NCBI RefSeq assembly: GCF_006345805.1
Contig: NC_043006.1
Coordinates: 77,190,001 to 77,254,000, forward strand
Source of the DNA: Octopus sinensis
Taxonomy: Eukaryota
Direction: 5' to 3'
DNA length: 64,000 nt
The notes beneath the pieces are model-generated. The model searched no databases, was not told the DNA's origin, and saw nothing but the letters and a program-made list of their open reading frames with translations. This document shows positions 40,061 to 54,101 of this stretch, one piece after another. Both the position numbers and the translations under genes were made by a program. Numbering within the stretch: the stretch's first letter is position 1; each line of letters opens with the position of its first letter.

Positions 40061-40830
40061 TAAAATCTATTTAAGAATTTATCAAGCATTCAGCGGGGAA
40101 AACCAGTTAAGTGGAAAATTTATACAAAATATATAATTAATTTCTTGCATTTTAAATAAATTTAGTATATTAAGGGCATTACTACACGTAAATGCCTCGC
40201 GCTTCAACGGAATCTTGAAGTAAAAACTACCTTAATGAATATACAGTATACCGATACCTAGGGAATAAAACTTGGAAGTCGTCTCTTAAAAACAGATTCA
40301 GCCGCAAAGCATACGATTTCAAAGTTCGAGTACATAATTCACTTTTTAATCGTTAGTGCAGGATTAATCAGCACTCATAATAATGAACAAAATTCACATA
40401 CCAGACGAACACCGAATGTATCCTTCATAGCACAGAAATGTTTACACTCATACATCCATGTAAAAGGCGGACTTTTCAAAATCCATCTCGGTACACGTAC
40501 ATATTCGGAATAATTCAGCAATGAATATATTCCGGTTAAAATTAAAATCACATAAAATGATAAAATCTATATCAGAATTTATCAAGTAATCATCGTGAAA
40601 AACCAGTCAGGGGGAAAATTTATAGAAAATACATAATTAATATATTCCCTTATAAAAACATTTATTAAATTAAAAGCATTACTACGTGTAAATACCTCAC
40701 GCTATATGTACACTATGAAATCATATAATTTGATGCAGTATCTGTTTTTAAGAGACGACCTCCAAGTTGCATTCCCTCGTTGCATTCCCTGTATATTTAT
40801 TAAAGTAGTTTTGACTTTTGACTATAAGTG
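40061..40830. repeat. Compound direct plus inverted repeat structure
   Basis: 40061-40203 vs 40561-40703: ungapped, 116/143 identical, offset exactly 500. 40269-40297 vs 40740-40768: inverted, 28/29, extending with gaps to ~40204/40830. Confidence 0.85.
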
Positions 40831-40865
40831 TCCCTTATAGCGTGAGGCATTTATGTGCAGCAATG

Positions 40866-40897
<32 letters not shown>

Positions 40898-40899
<2 letters not shown>

Positions 40900-41071
40900 G
40901 GCGGGTTTCTTCGAGTTCCGTTCTAGCAAATCAACTCACAAGGCTTTGGTAGGCCTGTGGCTATATTACAAGACTCTTGCCGAAATTGCCACACAAAGAG
41001 AGTGGACACAAAACCACGTGGTTGGAAAGCAAGCTTTTTACTACACATCTATACCTGCGCCTATGTATAGA
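40898..41071 (-). mobile_element. Degenerate 5' half of SINE family B
   Basis: Reverse complement matches the head of the copies at 43751 and 55976. Confidence 0.75.
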
Positions 41072-41171
41072 TACATATGTATATGTAGAGAGAGAGGGGG
41101 GGAAACAGACAGATAGTCAAACAGAGGGGGAAAGAAAGACATGTATATATTGATAGTATTTATATTTGAAT

Positions 41172-41259
41172 ATAAGTCCCGGGGTCGAGTGGCTCGATTA
41201 AAGGCGGTGCTCCAGCAGGGCCGCAGTCAAAAATGACTGAAACAAGTAAAAGAATAAAA
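41172..41259 (+). mobile_element. Isolated 3' tail of SINE family B
   Basis: ATAAGTCCCGGGGTCGAG...AAAGGCGGTGCTCCAGCA...TGACTGAAACAAGTAAAAG. Confidence 0.85.
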
Positions 41260-42426
41260 AGAAAGAATATGCACGCACAGGCGCGCACTCAGGAATGTGC
41301 GTAACTGTAACGATGACGATGATACGAGGATGTGAGACAATGAAACAGAAAGGGACAGAAAGAATCTTTTAGTTGTGTATTTTAAAAACGATTCTAAGAA
41401 CTTCACTCTACGCATCACATTCTCTCCCTCATTCATTTTGTTTCATTTACGTAAATCTATATATTGTTATTGCATTTAAGTTACTCCATGCCTACCATTA
41501 CATTTGATGTGCCTCAGGGCCACGGCCATTGTCTTGATAGGCTTGAGGAAGTCATATCTCAGAGACAGTGTGTCAGTTTATTTATTTTTCCTATGACATA
41601 ATCATACTACATAATCTGAGATCACACATAAAAATTATTCAGTCTTGGTCAACTTAAAATGTTCTACATAATTTTTTGGCCTTCCAGTCTATTATAATCT
41701 GAAAGAGATATGTTGTAGAAAAGTGATATAAAAGTACAATAGGAACCGAATTCAAATATCATTCAAAGATTTTTGATAGCATAAATTCAGATCCGAATGT
41801 GTTAGTTTTCCTTATTTTATTTCCAGCAAAGATAATAATTTATGTAAAGCAAAAAATGTCTCGATTCATGAAAATATATGTTTCTGAATTTCAATAATCG
41901 CAACCAGTAAAATAAATAGATGAAATGTAATACCTGAATCGCAGAATTACGTGATAGCCGATGTATTTAAGCCTTCTATCAAATATTTTTTATGGTTTTT
42001 ACCTCTATAAATATCGTTAATATCCCGATATAATATATTTAAATAACAGAATAGATATTTTTTCTTTCCTGTAATAGAAAACTATACGTTATAGAAATAA
42101 TACGAATAAAATGGAAAACAACGGTGCTATGTCAGTTCTTTCATCTAGTTATATGGGAAAGCATTATTAATTATGATGAAAAAATATCGAAATAAATCAT
42201 TGTCTTTTTGAAAATTTCTCATATAATTAAAATTAATTGACATTCATTTTTTTCTTTTTAATATATAGTTATTATTTTATAGTATTGTTTTGCTTACACA
42301 TATTGAAATTAAAATAAAAGAAATTTCCATTGTTCATTTCCTTTACATATAAGTAAAATATTTAATTCGATTGTATTAGCTCGAAGTTTTGCAATTCAAT
42401 AACGTCAGTTTATATGAAATTATATA

Positions 42427-42483
<57 letters not shown>

Positions 42484-42614
42484 ATATACACACACACATA
42501 TACATGAGTTATGCATATTGTCCTTAATATTTTGCCGAATCAACTGAGTGTCTCAAGATCCGAGACTTTCGTACCTTACCATATGCATATACCCACACTC
42601 ACGCACTTATTATA

Positions 42615-42680
<66 letters not shown>

Positions 42681-43343
42681 CATATACATATATATTTATA
42701 TGCATATATAAATATATACATATATATTAAAATATATATATATTTACATGCATATATGTATTATATATACATATATATACATATATGCATACATGCATAT
42801 ATATGTGTATATGTGTGTACATGTGTGTGTGCGTGCGTATGTGTGCGCCTGTGTGCATGTGCGTGTGCGCAGCTGTAATGCAAATGAATGAAAAAGTAAA
42901 AAATTAAATTAAAAGCTGTTATTTCTTGAATCAATAGGAAAATAAACATTGAAAAATTTTATTTTAAGAATTTTAATAAAGCCTATCCCATATTTAAATA
43001 ACACAAAAATATTTTGAAGTTGATGTTGTTTTATATTGTACAACATTTTCTATGTAATATAAAATTTATAAAAAACATGGAGAGACCAAATTAACTGAGA
43101 AAGAAACTAAATGGCACTAAACACATTTAGAATGTTTTTTTTTTTAATAGTGACTTTTAATGTGTCTTTGAAAAAATGCTTTGGCATATATTGTGGGAAG
43201 AGTTACTCACTCTAGAGAATTACGGTAGACAGAATAACAACAGATTAAAAACACTTTCAACTTAATTGTCGCATTCTTTTTTCTTTATGTATTCTAAATA
43301 TGTTTGCATTCCGTTTTTCAACCACTTTATTCTAAGTTAGAGT

Positions 43344-43497
43344 ATGTTTTTTTCAAAGTGGAGTCTTATTTTTGTAATTGTTGCAAATAGATTTTCTTGC
43401 ATCTGTGATCATATTGTTTCTAGTATTAGCAATTTCCCAAGCGTTGGTAGTGATGGTGAATTGGAAAGTATTGCTCAACGAATTATATTTGAGCTTG
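43344..43497 (+). CDS. Candidate first coding exon with a signal-peptide-like start
   Basis: Acceptor TTAG| at 43340, ATG 43344, MFFSKWSLIFVIVANRFSCICDHIVSSISNFPSVGSDGELESIAQRIIFEL, possible phase-1 donor TTG|GTAATA. Unspliced it stops at 43508 (54 aa). Confidence 0.2.
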
Positions 43498-43750
43498 GTA
43501 ATACATAAAGGGACACCATTTAAAATCAACCAAGTGATTATAGTCATAGCTTCAAAACTCTCAGTATGATATACTAAATAATAACAAAGATGTTTCAAAG
43601 AAAGTAGGTGGAAAAGAGATAGAAAACGATAGACTTCTTTCAAGAAAATGTAGAAAAATTGAGGAAATAATTTTCATTCATAACGTAAAAAAAAATTAGG
43701 AATCGTGTTCTTAAATAGGTGAGCGAAATGTTTGAAATGATACATGTAAA

Positions 43751-43932
43751 GGCACAGGAGTGACTATGTGGTAAGTAGCTTGTTTACCAACCACATGGTT
43801 CCGCGTTCATTCTCACTGCATGACACTTTGGGCAAGTGTCTTCTACTATAGCCCCGGGACGACCAAAGCCTTGTGGGTGGATTTGGTAGACGGAAACTGA
43901 AAGAATCTCGTCGTATATATGTATTTATATAT

Positions 43933-44004
<72 letters not shown>

Positions 44005-44225
44005 TTTGTGTGTTTGTGTGTCTGTGTTTGACCCCCTAGCATTGCTTGACAACCGATGCTGGTGTGTTTACGTCCCCGTTACTCAGCGGTTCGGCAAAAG
44101 AGACCGATAGAATAAGTACTGGGCTTACAAAAGAATAAGTCCCGGGGTCGAGTTGCTCGATTAAAGGCGGTGCTCCAACATGGCCGCAGTCAAATGACTG
44201 AAACAAGTAAAAGAGAAAAGAGAAA
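43751..44225 (+). mobile_element. SINE family B (tRNA head, CORE-like segment, internal (TA)n(TG)n, 3' tail)
   Basis: Head, then CTTTGGGCAAGTGTCTT (resembles the MIR/CORE motif), microsatellite 43914-44030, tail ending GAAACAAGTAAAAGAG. Confidence 0.9.
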
Positions 44226-45233
44226 AAAAGAGTATAACGACAATGACAGTCGGCATTCTCTCTGATGGATAGATTAAATGATATTTCGAAGCACACCGTT
44301 AATGCAAAGAGAAAAGCAAACTGGCAGTAAATTCATTATCTGTAAAATTATGGAAAAAGTACAGCAAAGCTCAAATATTATTATGCCCTTTCATATTGTG
44401 TTGCTAAGAGTTTTGCAAGCATAAAAAATTACAAGAAAGTTAATAAATATATTTTGTACGTGTCTGATATTTACTGAGTCAGCATTATATTGTTTCATCA
44501 GACATAAAAATAAACCCAGTCAAATGATTTGTCACTTAGGTTCATGAAATAGGAACAACATGAATTTATTCATTCTTAATAACATCAGTTATAATCATTG
44601 CAAGACGCAAAATGATTCAAGATTCTAATGGTTCAATTTTTAAATTTAAATGCACAGGAGATTAAGTTTCTTATATTTTTGAATCAGAAATAAATAATAA
44701 ATAGTTTACAATATTAGGTTTAAGACAAAAGGTTTCCTACAGCGAGTACATTTCTATCTGGACAGTTTAACATTTCAACATAGCTTTAAAGGACATGTTT
44801 CAATCAATTGATACATTATACATTACCATTTCATAGTTCTTCTCCCATGCCAGGACACATAACAAAAGAGTATAGTCTCCTAACATTCAAAGAGTTTCTG
44901 GATGAATACCACCTACACTGTGATAAACATCTACAAAAAATGTCTTTGCCCGAATGGGTTAGGACACCCAATGTACGACAGTGAAATGAAATATTAATTT
45001 TTTTTTCATGTGGTGCTTTTAAGTTATCAAAGTGCTGGGCCAATTGTAGTTGAAACCTAAGTAAGTTAAGAACTATATAAAAAAATGAAGATTCCAATAC
45101 AGGCCAATGATACATGACAGGCGACAGTTTGACTAACGAATGGATGACAACATTTCTCCCTGAATGTAAAAAAGAACTATCAGTAAAAATGGTTTTACAA
45201 AAAAAAAATAGTAGATTAAAATGAATATACAAT

Positions 45234-45397
45234 GCGCAGGCGTTGTTCTGGGGTAAGAAGCTTGCATTCTATCCACATGGTTCCGGGTTCAGTCTCATGA
45301 CATGGCGCCTTGGGCAACTTTATTCTACAAATAGCCAAGGGCCGACCAAAGCTTTGTCAATGGAGTCGGTGGACGGAAACCGAAAGAAGTCCATCTT

Positions 45398-45456
<59 letters not shown>

Positions 45457-45795
45457 TGTGTGTGCTCGTGTATATGTGCGCATATCTATATATATATATA
45501 TATATAATATATATATATATGTGTGTGTCTGTGTGTGTCTGTGTGTGTCTGTGTGTTTGCATGAATGTGTGCAATTGTGTATGTTTTTGCCCCGCCATCA
45601 CCGCTTGACAACTGGTGTTGGTGTATTTACATCCTCGTAAGTTAGTGGTTAAGCAAACGATGCTGATAGCAGAAGTGTCAGGTTTACGAAAGTTAGTGCT
45701 GGGGTCGAACCGTTCGATAAAAAAAAATGTTGAAAACGTTGCTCCAGCATGAACGTAGTCTAATGACTGAAAGAAGTAAAAGATAAAAGATAAAA
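45234..45795 (+). mobile_element. SINE family B, more diverged copy
   Basis: Same head-microsatellite-tail layout as 43751. Confidence 0.85.
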
Positions 45796-46083
45796 CATAA
45801 CAATGACAACTACAAAAACAATCAAAAAAGAATAATGTCATTAGACACAAGATGAGATAAAATAGATGAATATGAAGCTTAATAAATGTAAAATATCTAA
45901 AATTAATATTTTAGGGATGAATGAATGTGATAATAAATATCAGCATGATATTACCTGAATAAATCGTTACCTCAATATCATGAATTACAGGTAGTAATTA
46001 AGTTTCATATATTTTCATTTATCTCTGCTTGAGCTTACACACATTAATCTACTTTTTACTTTTTGCGATAGACTTCATCTATG

Positions 46084-46125
<42 letters not shown>

Positions 46126-47460
46126 GATATATATATTATATATATTATATATATATATATAAGCTATATATATATATATGTGTGTGTTTGAGTGTGTACT
46201 TGTGAGCGAGAGGGTCTGTATGAGTGTGGCTTTCTGCTTGTGTGTATATATGAGCTCGCGCGCAGAAATCAATCAGTCATTCAACAAGATGGTTTCGGCC
46301 CAAGGTGCATGTCCTATTAAATATGGTATTACAAATATTAAAAATAACACATTAAACATTACACCACCGCCAACGATGATTTTGCACAGTAAATCTCGTG
46401 GTTTTCTTGAAGCGTTTTATTTCGATATTTACGTAATTTATATTCATAGCCATTGGATACGCACATGAATAATATGTGAGATATTGTGAGATTTATGAAT
46501 GGGGAATACGAATATTTAAGATTGCGTTACGAAATGTAATCCTCGATATAAAAGATGCCAATTGATGTCCATTCGCTTATATTCAAGAAAATAGGAAAAC
46601 CACTTTTTGTCTGATAGGTTGTTCTAAGAGATCTTACATTAGAAATTTCTATCAACTAATTTCGTTTCAAGAAGACAAAATTTGCAAAGACTGTCTTTTA
46701 TGAGCTATACGTGGGTTATACGTTTTAAAGTATCTTAAGTAATCACAGGAAATTGATGATGTTCTATGTCACTAAAATTTAATTCTTAAGAGAGAGAAAA
46801 TAGATAACTTGATTAGCACTGATGAATAAAGACTCTCAGACGAATAGGAACTGCGGGAAAAGATACGAGATAGACTCATTCCTCTTTACTGCAAATTTAT
46901 TTATCAAAAGCTTTTAAGAACTCTCATACATCACTAAAAGATTACAAGGAAGATACACTTTCGGATGGAAATGTGGTGCAAGTGTAAATAACCAGTGTTT
47001 CTCTTATAATTTAAGGGGGAAATGTGAGTGAAATTAGTCTTTTGGTTATATTTAGCACATGGAGTGGCTACGAAAAATCTTTTTGCTTGTACACCCGCTC
47101 TTTGTTGTTTTAAAGATAACGAAATGATTTATAAAACCTGACTAAAGGCATACATTCAATATTTCTTTAATTGATGCATCGCTTCTTTAGTGTAGAAACG
47201 CTTCTATGTGATGTAGTTTGAAACCTGAGCATTTTCGTTTGAAGAAACAAAATATAGTTAGAGAGACTCTGTAGCTGGTACATTGAATGAAAGTTAGTCA
47301 TTCCTCTTAGCATGTAATGTGAGTATACTGATTAAATTAAAAACATGCAGGTTAATCTGGTGGTAATGTATTAGATATTGATGCCTGTGAACGAGCACAA
47401 ATGATAATTATGTATACGTCTGTTTTTATATTTTATATATAAATATATATATATATACAT

Positions 47461-47835
47461 AAGGCGGCGTTAGCACGCCGGGCGAAATGCTTGGCGGCAT
47501 TTCGTCCGCCGTTACGTTCTGAGTTCAAATTGCGCCGAGGTCGCATTTTGCCTTTCATCCTATCACACTGGGGTCGATGTAATCGACTTAATCCGTTTGT
47601 CTGTCCTTGTTTGTCCCCTCTGTGTGTAGCCCCTTGTGGGTAGTAAAGAAATAGGTACTTCGTTTGCTGTTACGTTGTGAGTTCAAATTCCGCCGAGGTC
47701 GACTTGCCTTACATCCTTTCGGAGTCGATAAAATAAGTACCAGTTACGCACTGGGGTCGATATAATCGACTTAATCCGTTTGTCTGTCCTTGTTGTCCCC
47801 TCTATATTTAGCCCTTGTGGGCAGGAAAGGAAATA
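47461..47835 (+). mobile_element. SINE family A dimer (head plus two tail-A units)
   Basis: Second unit restarts at AAATAG|GTACTTCG (~47614). Confidence 0.92.
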
Positions 47836-47902
47836 TATATGTGGTATATAATATATATATATAATATATATATATATATATCTATATATTTATATATATG
47901 GA

Positions 47903-47951
<49 letters not shown>

Positions 47952-48067
47952 CTATATATATATATATTTAATTATATATATATGTGTGTGTGTGTGTTGT
48001 GTATAATATTTATATATATATTATATATATAATATATATATATACAAATATGTTCGTTTGTACATAA

Positions 48068-48253
48068 ATGTGACCGTGGTGTACCGTTGGCGCTTTTTTT
48101 CCTCTGTCTTCCTTCTCTGATCTTTCCTTCTCCTATGTTTCCGACGAAGCAGCGCTCGAAACGTTAAACCCTCCTTCTTTCTTGAGCGTCCATAATACTA
48201 TATTTGTTCCACGTCCTCACGTTTTTGTGTTTTTTTGTGCTTTCATGTTGGAT

Positions 48254-48258
<5 letters not shown>
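48068..48258 (+). ncRNA. Penelope-terminal-like fragment with a degenerate minimal hammerhead ribozyme motif (48137-48169)
   Basis: GTTT-CCGACGA-AGC-AGC-GCT-C-GAAAC-GTT-AAAC. Stem I GTTT/AAAC; core CUGANGA with U4>C; stem II AGC/GCT; GAAA; palindromic AACGTT in place of stem III. Flanked by (TA)n. Confidence 0.5.
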
Positions 48259-48314
<56 letters not shown>

Positions 48315-49197
48315 AGAGTGAGCGAGAGCAATGTAGAATGTGCCTAAATTTTGAGGAAATGCAATGTTCAAATAATTAAGAAGCTCTCACACATCCTATA
48401 TTTCCCTCATTTATGCTGCTACAGTATTGAATCCACTGAAGTCTTGTAATTGAATCACAGCGTTGGAGGATCTATTCCTTGAACCGAAATTCATTTCCGA
48501 GAAATGAATATATAAGTAAGCTTCTAAGGACATTAAATGTAAGATTCATTCCTCGTGAAATAGTCGCCTTATTTATTCAGAAATATATTACTGCCATGAA
48601 TATCAATCATAAGTAATTTATTAATAACATCTTTTTGTTTATATATACGGATATACATGCTTCAATATAATAGCATCAAAGAAAACAATCTGTAATGAAT
48701 GCATGTTTTAGCTACTTTTATGTTGTTCACTTTGTGTTGTTTGTTAACTATTAGACTCATGCTCCCCATTGTATTCCGAATAGCTTTTCAGTACAAACAA
48801 TTGTTCTTTAATCGCAATGATATACATATGGAAACATTTCCTGTGATCTTGCAATCGAATATTAGAACATGATATTCCGGGACAATACTGTCTCCAAATT
48901 TTATAAGCGTGCATGCCTACAATTTCCTGATACCATTGTTTAGTATTAATTCGAAAATTTTCCAAGGAATTCTCCTATGGGATATATATTGTGAAGTTGG
49001 TCATATCTGAAACTATACATCTGGTATATCGGTTTCCGTTACAACAATAAGTCGAACTCTTATTTGCAGTAATCAGAGTCTCCTTTGCTGTCTCTCACCT
49101 ATCTCGGTCTCTTACACTCTCTGCCTCTTCCCGCTCTTTCTCCCTCCCTATCTCACTTTCTCATTATCGCTCCCGGTCAATCTCTCTTTCCTCTTAG

Positions 49198-49298
49198 CAG
49201 CAAAATTAAGCAATGTTTATGGCAGAAGGCACAATTACTACAGTCCATACTTAGCAGATTTGACCTTTTGCTTAGTGCTTGCCAGTGACTATTCCTAA
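49198..49298 (+). CDS. Candidate terminal coding exon
   Basis: About 115-nt AG-free pyrimidine tract and TTAG|CAG (NAGNAG) acceptor; phase-1 frame (A)AKLSNVYGRRHNYYSPYLADLTFCLVLASDYS*. Confidence 0.2.
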
Positions 49299-49415
49299 CA
49301 ATATATTGTGTGTTGACTTTAAGAGCTGGATTCTGTTTGATAACGAGCAGACATATGAATAGCAACCAACAATAACGTATTATGTGGTATATAATAATAT
49401 ATATATATATATAAA

Positions 49416-49496
<81 letters not shown>

Positions 49497-51170
49497 AAAA
49501 CAGTGTTAGGTTTTATATGAAACTGTGCACGAAACGAATATTATGTACATGAAATACTTATCAGCGTTTCTGTGAATACATGTTTAATGATCTTTTGAAA
49601 GATGCCGGGTGACACTGGGTTCGAAATTTCGAAGTCGCTGTTACCAATATTCTTCATATACATTAATAAACACACACGCACGCACACGCACGCACCCACA
49701 CACACATACGCACACACACACGCGCGCACACACACACACGCACTCGCACGCATACACAGACACACACACGCACATAAATATAACATGCTGCGCAAACTCT
49801 GCAGACGAGTGTATTTGTGAAGGTCGTTCAATTTTCTATCCATGAACCGACCGATTGACAAACCGAACCATGAACGCTTCTTAAATGCATATCAAAAACA
49901 GCTAAAAGCCAACGATGCACAAATAAATAAATGTCTAAAGCTTACACTCAAACCCACACATATAAATATATGTCTGTGTATGAATATTTGTAATCAGTAT
50001 TGAAGTATTGCATTTCATATCGCACAACACTGACGATTAAAATAGAGTCAGTACACTGAAGAAATGAACTGTAAAATTATTTCATGGTTATACGAATTTT
50101 TAAATTGCGATATCCGCTTTTGTTCTGATTTACCGTACCAAAAGTTGTAAAAATTGGCACAGTTGCCAACTGCCTCCAAAACGCCGTAGATAATAGCATT
50201 TAAAAATTGTTCAAAAACCCCTACCGACAGAAAAACTAGAAAAGTGCCCTTCGATATTTTTTCATCGCAAAGTGCTTATCAAACTGATATTTACATGGTA
50301 TTAGTTATAGCATTATATATATTTGGCATCCAATATTGCGACAAAGTTTAAGGATTCTTCTGATTTCAGCAATACTTATAAGCATGTGTGTGCGTATGTG
50401 ACTATACCTGTCTGCATAAACACACACGCACACAGACACACACACACGCGCACGCACACACACACACACATTCATACATATAGATTCAGAATAGAACCAT
50501 TACAATTTCATGCTTGCAGTCACGATCTTAAAATTGCCATATTACGGTGATTGATGAGAATGCCAAAACGTCCTGATTGCATAACTTAGAGAATTGTTGT
50601 TTAACCTCTTTCAAACAACATAGTTGAAGAATTAAAGATAGCATAAACATAATTTTAATGCACGAATCCAATGCATGCTTCAAAAACATCTATACAAATT
50701 TATCGTGACTCTAGCCACACATACAAACGAGCACAGACTAGGTAGCGTAAGAAAACATATATATAAATAATATATATATAATATATATATCTATAATATA
50801 TATATATATATATATAATATATATATATATATGTATAATATGGATATATACACTAAACACGCTTTCTTCTAAAGTAAGCTTGCGTATTTTCTGTAAGTCG
50901 TGCACGGTCCGATAGATAGTTACAGAAAGCATGTGCTTGGAGATATACACATTTCCATGCAAATTTCAAAGAAACGTCAATTAATAAGCAAGAGAAAGAA
51001 TTTCTGGATATGAAATGAATAGAATAATTAAGGGAAAGTTTGAAAATGACATACTTCAATTAGATATTTATGATTCTATATAAATAGTAATAAGCGGTAG
51101 ATTGGATTGGTGTTGATAAAACCATATAATTAACATAAGCATACACATATGCGTGCATTCGAATGTGCGC

Positions 51171-51217
<47 letters not shown>

Positions 51218-51287
51218 AATATATTGTATGATTTGCCTAATAGTGGTTTATATAATAGTGGTTTTATATATATATATATTATATGCG

Positions 51288-51352
<65 letters not shown>

Positions 51353-51839
51353 TATATAATATATGTGTGTGGTGGGTGTGTGTTGTGTGTGGTGTGTGTG
51401 TGTGTGTGTGTGTATGCATGTGTTGAAATGGTTAAAAATCATATCACATTACATATGTGTTTGTCTCTCTATGCACACGTATATATAAATACAGAGAGTC
51501 ACATGCAATTCTACAAGATTCGTCTACTCCGTTGCAAGTTGTATATGTGCTTTACAGTGCTCATCAAAAAAAAGTTTTTTCCGACAGATTTTTCACCAAT
51601 ATCCGTAAGAAACATTCACGTATATTATGTAATATTTGAAATTGATACCTTAAGTCTATATAAGAAAATGTCAAACGGCAAATGTAACTTCTGATTGACG
51701 ATGCGTGATATAACCTCCTAGCAATTATTGCAGCATTCTGAATTAGTGTATACACAGAGCTCATATATATAGATATATATATATATATATATTATATTAT
51801 ATATATATATAATATATATATATATATATTATATATATG

Positions 51840-51906
<67 letters not shown>

Positions 51907-52635
51907 CTATAAAATGTGCAGCCTGTAATCAAATGCATGTAATTGCGTCAGTGTACATAGTATGATATTATAAGGAAAGTTGACTCACAGTAGATATATA
52001 AATCACCGTAAGGTTATATTAGAGATAGAAAGGAACAGTGTGAAAAAAGGGTTTTAAACCAATATGTATTTGTATAAAGGTATTTGCGCATAAGTTTTTC
52101 CGTATGGTAACGTATTATTATCTTTAGTCTTTTCTCCAAGATTTTCGTTCATTTCATATAGAGTATCTCGTAGTCATGCATAATATCCAGCCTTTGAATA
52201 CAGCCTAAATATAAATAATATGATGTAATATGAAATCCATCACGTGCCAAGATACGCATAGATGACACAAACACACTCATACAAGTGTTCATGTATATGT
52301 GTGAATTATGCATCTACATAAACATCTTTGTTTATATCCTCATATATAGATATATATTTAAATATGTATGTCATATTTTTTTTAAGTATATATTTGCACA
52401 CACAAGAAGCATACCAATGTAAATAGATTAACAAATAGATAAGCAAATTTTCGTAAAAATAATTTTATGGTGTCTAATGTATTGATTATACGTCTACACA
52501 AGTAAATCAAATCCGCACACACACACGCATATATATATATATATATATAATATATATATATATATATTATACAGATACGTATAAATATATATATATCTAT
52601 ATATTATATATATATATATATAATATATATATATA

Positions 52636-52942
52636 ATGGCACCCTCTTCAAGCCTAGCCAGGCTCATGGGCCCGGTTTCCCGGTTTCTGTGGCGTATGTG
52701 TCCCACCCAGCTGGACGGGACCCCAGTCCATCACAGCGTTACTCAAGAAACAGGAAGAGGGAGTGAGAGAAAGTTGCGGCGAAAGAGTACAAGATGGGTC
52801 GCCACCATCCCCTGCCGGAGCCTCGTTGAAGTGTTAGGTGTTTTCGCTCAATAAACACACTCAACGCCCGGTCTGGGAATCGAAACCGCGATCCTCCGAT
52901 CACGAGTCCGCTGCCCTAAACACTACGGCATTGCACCTCCAC
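52636..52942 (-). mobile_element. SINE family C, tail 2
   Basis: Same tRNA head and body as 24988-25371 up to TTCCTGTTTCT, then an unrelated tail (GTGATGGACTGGGGTCCCGTCCAGCTGGG...). Confidence 0.85.
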
Positions 52943-53739
52943 ACACACACATATATAAGTGTGTGTTTGGGCCAGTTTGTGTATGATTCTGCGTGTATAT
53001 ATTTACATTTATTTACGTGTGTATGTATAGGAATATGTTGTTCCAATTAAAAAAAGAATTTTTTTGAAAATCAGCCATCAAAGTAAGTCATATGCTCCAT
53101 GTTGTGTAAATATTTCTAGGCATAGATGTGTGTCTCACATTCTAAAACATTGAAACTAATAATAATTGACGATAAATATTAGGTTTAACATTATGCTTCA
53201 CCTTTCAATATAACACCATAATTATATGAAGGAATTACTCCGAAAAAAACGTCAAGAATTCTTCAATTTCGTGAATACTTATATTATATGTAGTTGATGG
53301 GAAACGGAAACGCAAACACACACACATATATACACACACACACACACACTGACACACACACAACACACACTAACACAAGGACACACATATACACTCATAT
53401 ATGTGTGCGTCTGTAAGTATATGCGCAATTGTACAAGGCAATGTTTGTCCTGAATTGAAACATGCTTGCATCGTTCGCTATATAGTTGCCTATTCTTTGA
53501 CTACTTATTTCGTTAATGCATGAACGCTAGCAATATCTCCTAAAATCCTTTAGGAAATTATATGACTATTGGAAAAAAAACATATTTTGCTCGTTAGAAT
53601 TCCAACAGAGCTAAAAAGATTTTAGCTATTTCCACGGAATTTCCCATTCAAAACACTCATTGAATAATGCTACTCAACCATAAATGTATTTGTGTGTATG
53701 TGTGTGTTTTCTGTCAGTTTATGTGCTTGAACATGTGTG

Positions 53740-53902
53740 ATCATGTGTATATCATATATATATATATATAGATATATTATATATATATATATATACATAC
53801 ATATATACGTATTATATACATATATTATATATATATACATACATACATACGTATATTATATATATACATATATACGTATATATATATACATACATACCTA
53901 CG

Positions 53903-53943
<41 letters not shown>

Positions 53944-54065
53944 TACATACATATATAGGTATACATATAATACATACATATATACGTATATATATAATAT
54001 ATATATATATATATACATATATATATACGTAATATATATACATACATATACATATATATATATAT

Positions 54066-54101
<36 letters not shown>

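Noticed and set aside
44835-45060. Frame SSPMPGHITKEYSLLTFKEFLDEYHLHCDKH...PEWVRTP, vaguely TGF-beta-like
   Set aside because: Cysteine spacing does not fit and the acceptor phase is incompatible with the 43344 exon.
46620-47000. ELREKIRDRLIPLYCKF, Exo70-like
   Set aside because: Isolated motif in a stop-riddled frame.
48750-49020. YSGTILSPNF, CUB-domain-like
   Set aside because: Following Cys/Trp spacing is absent.
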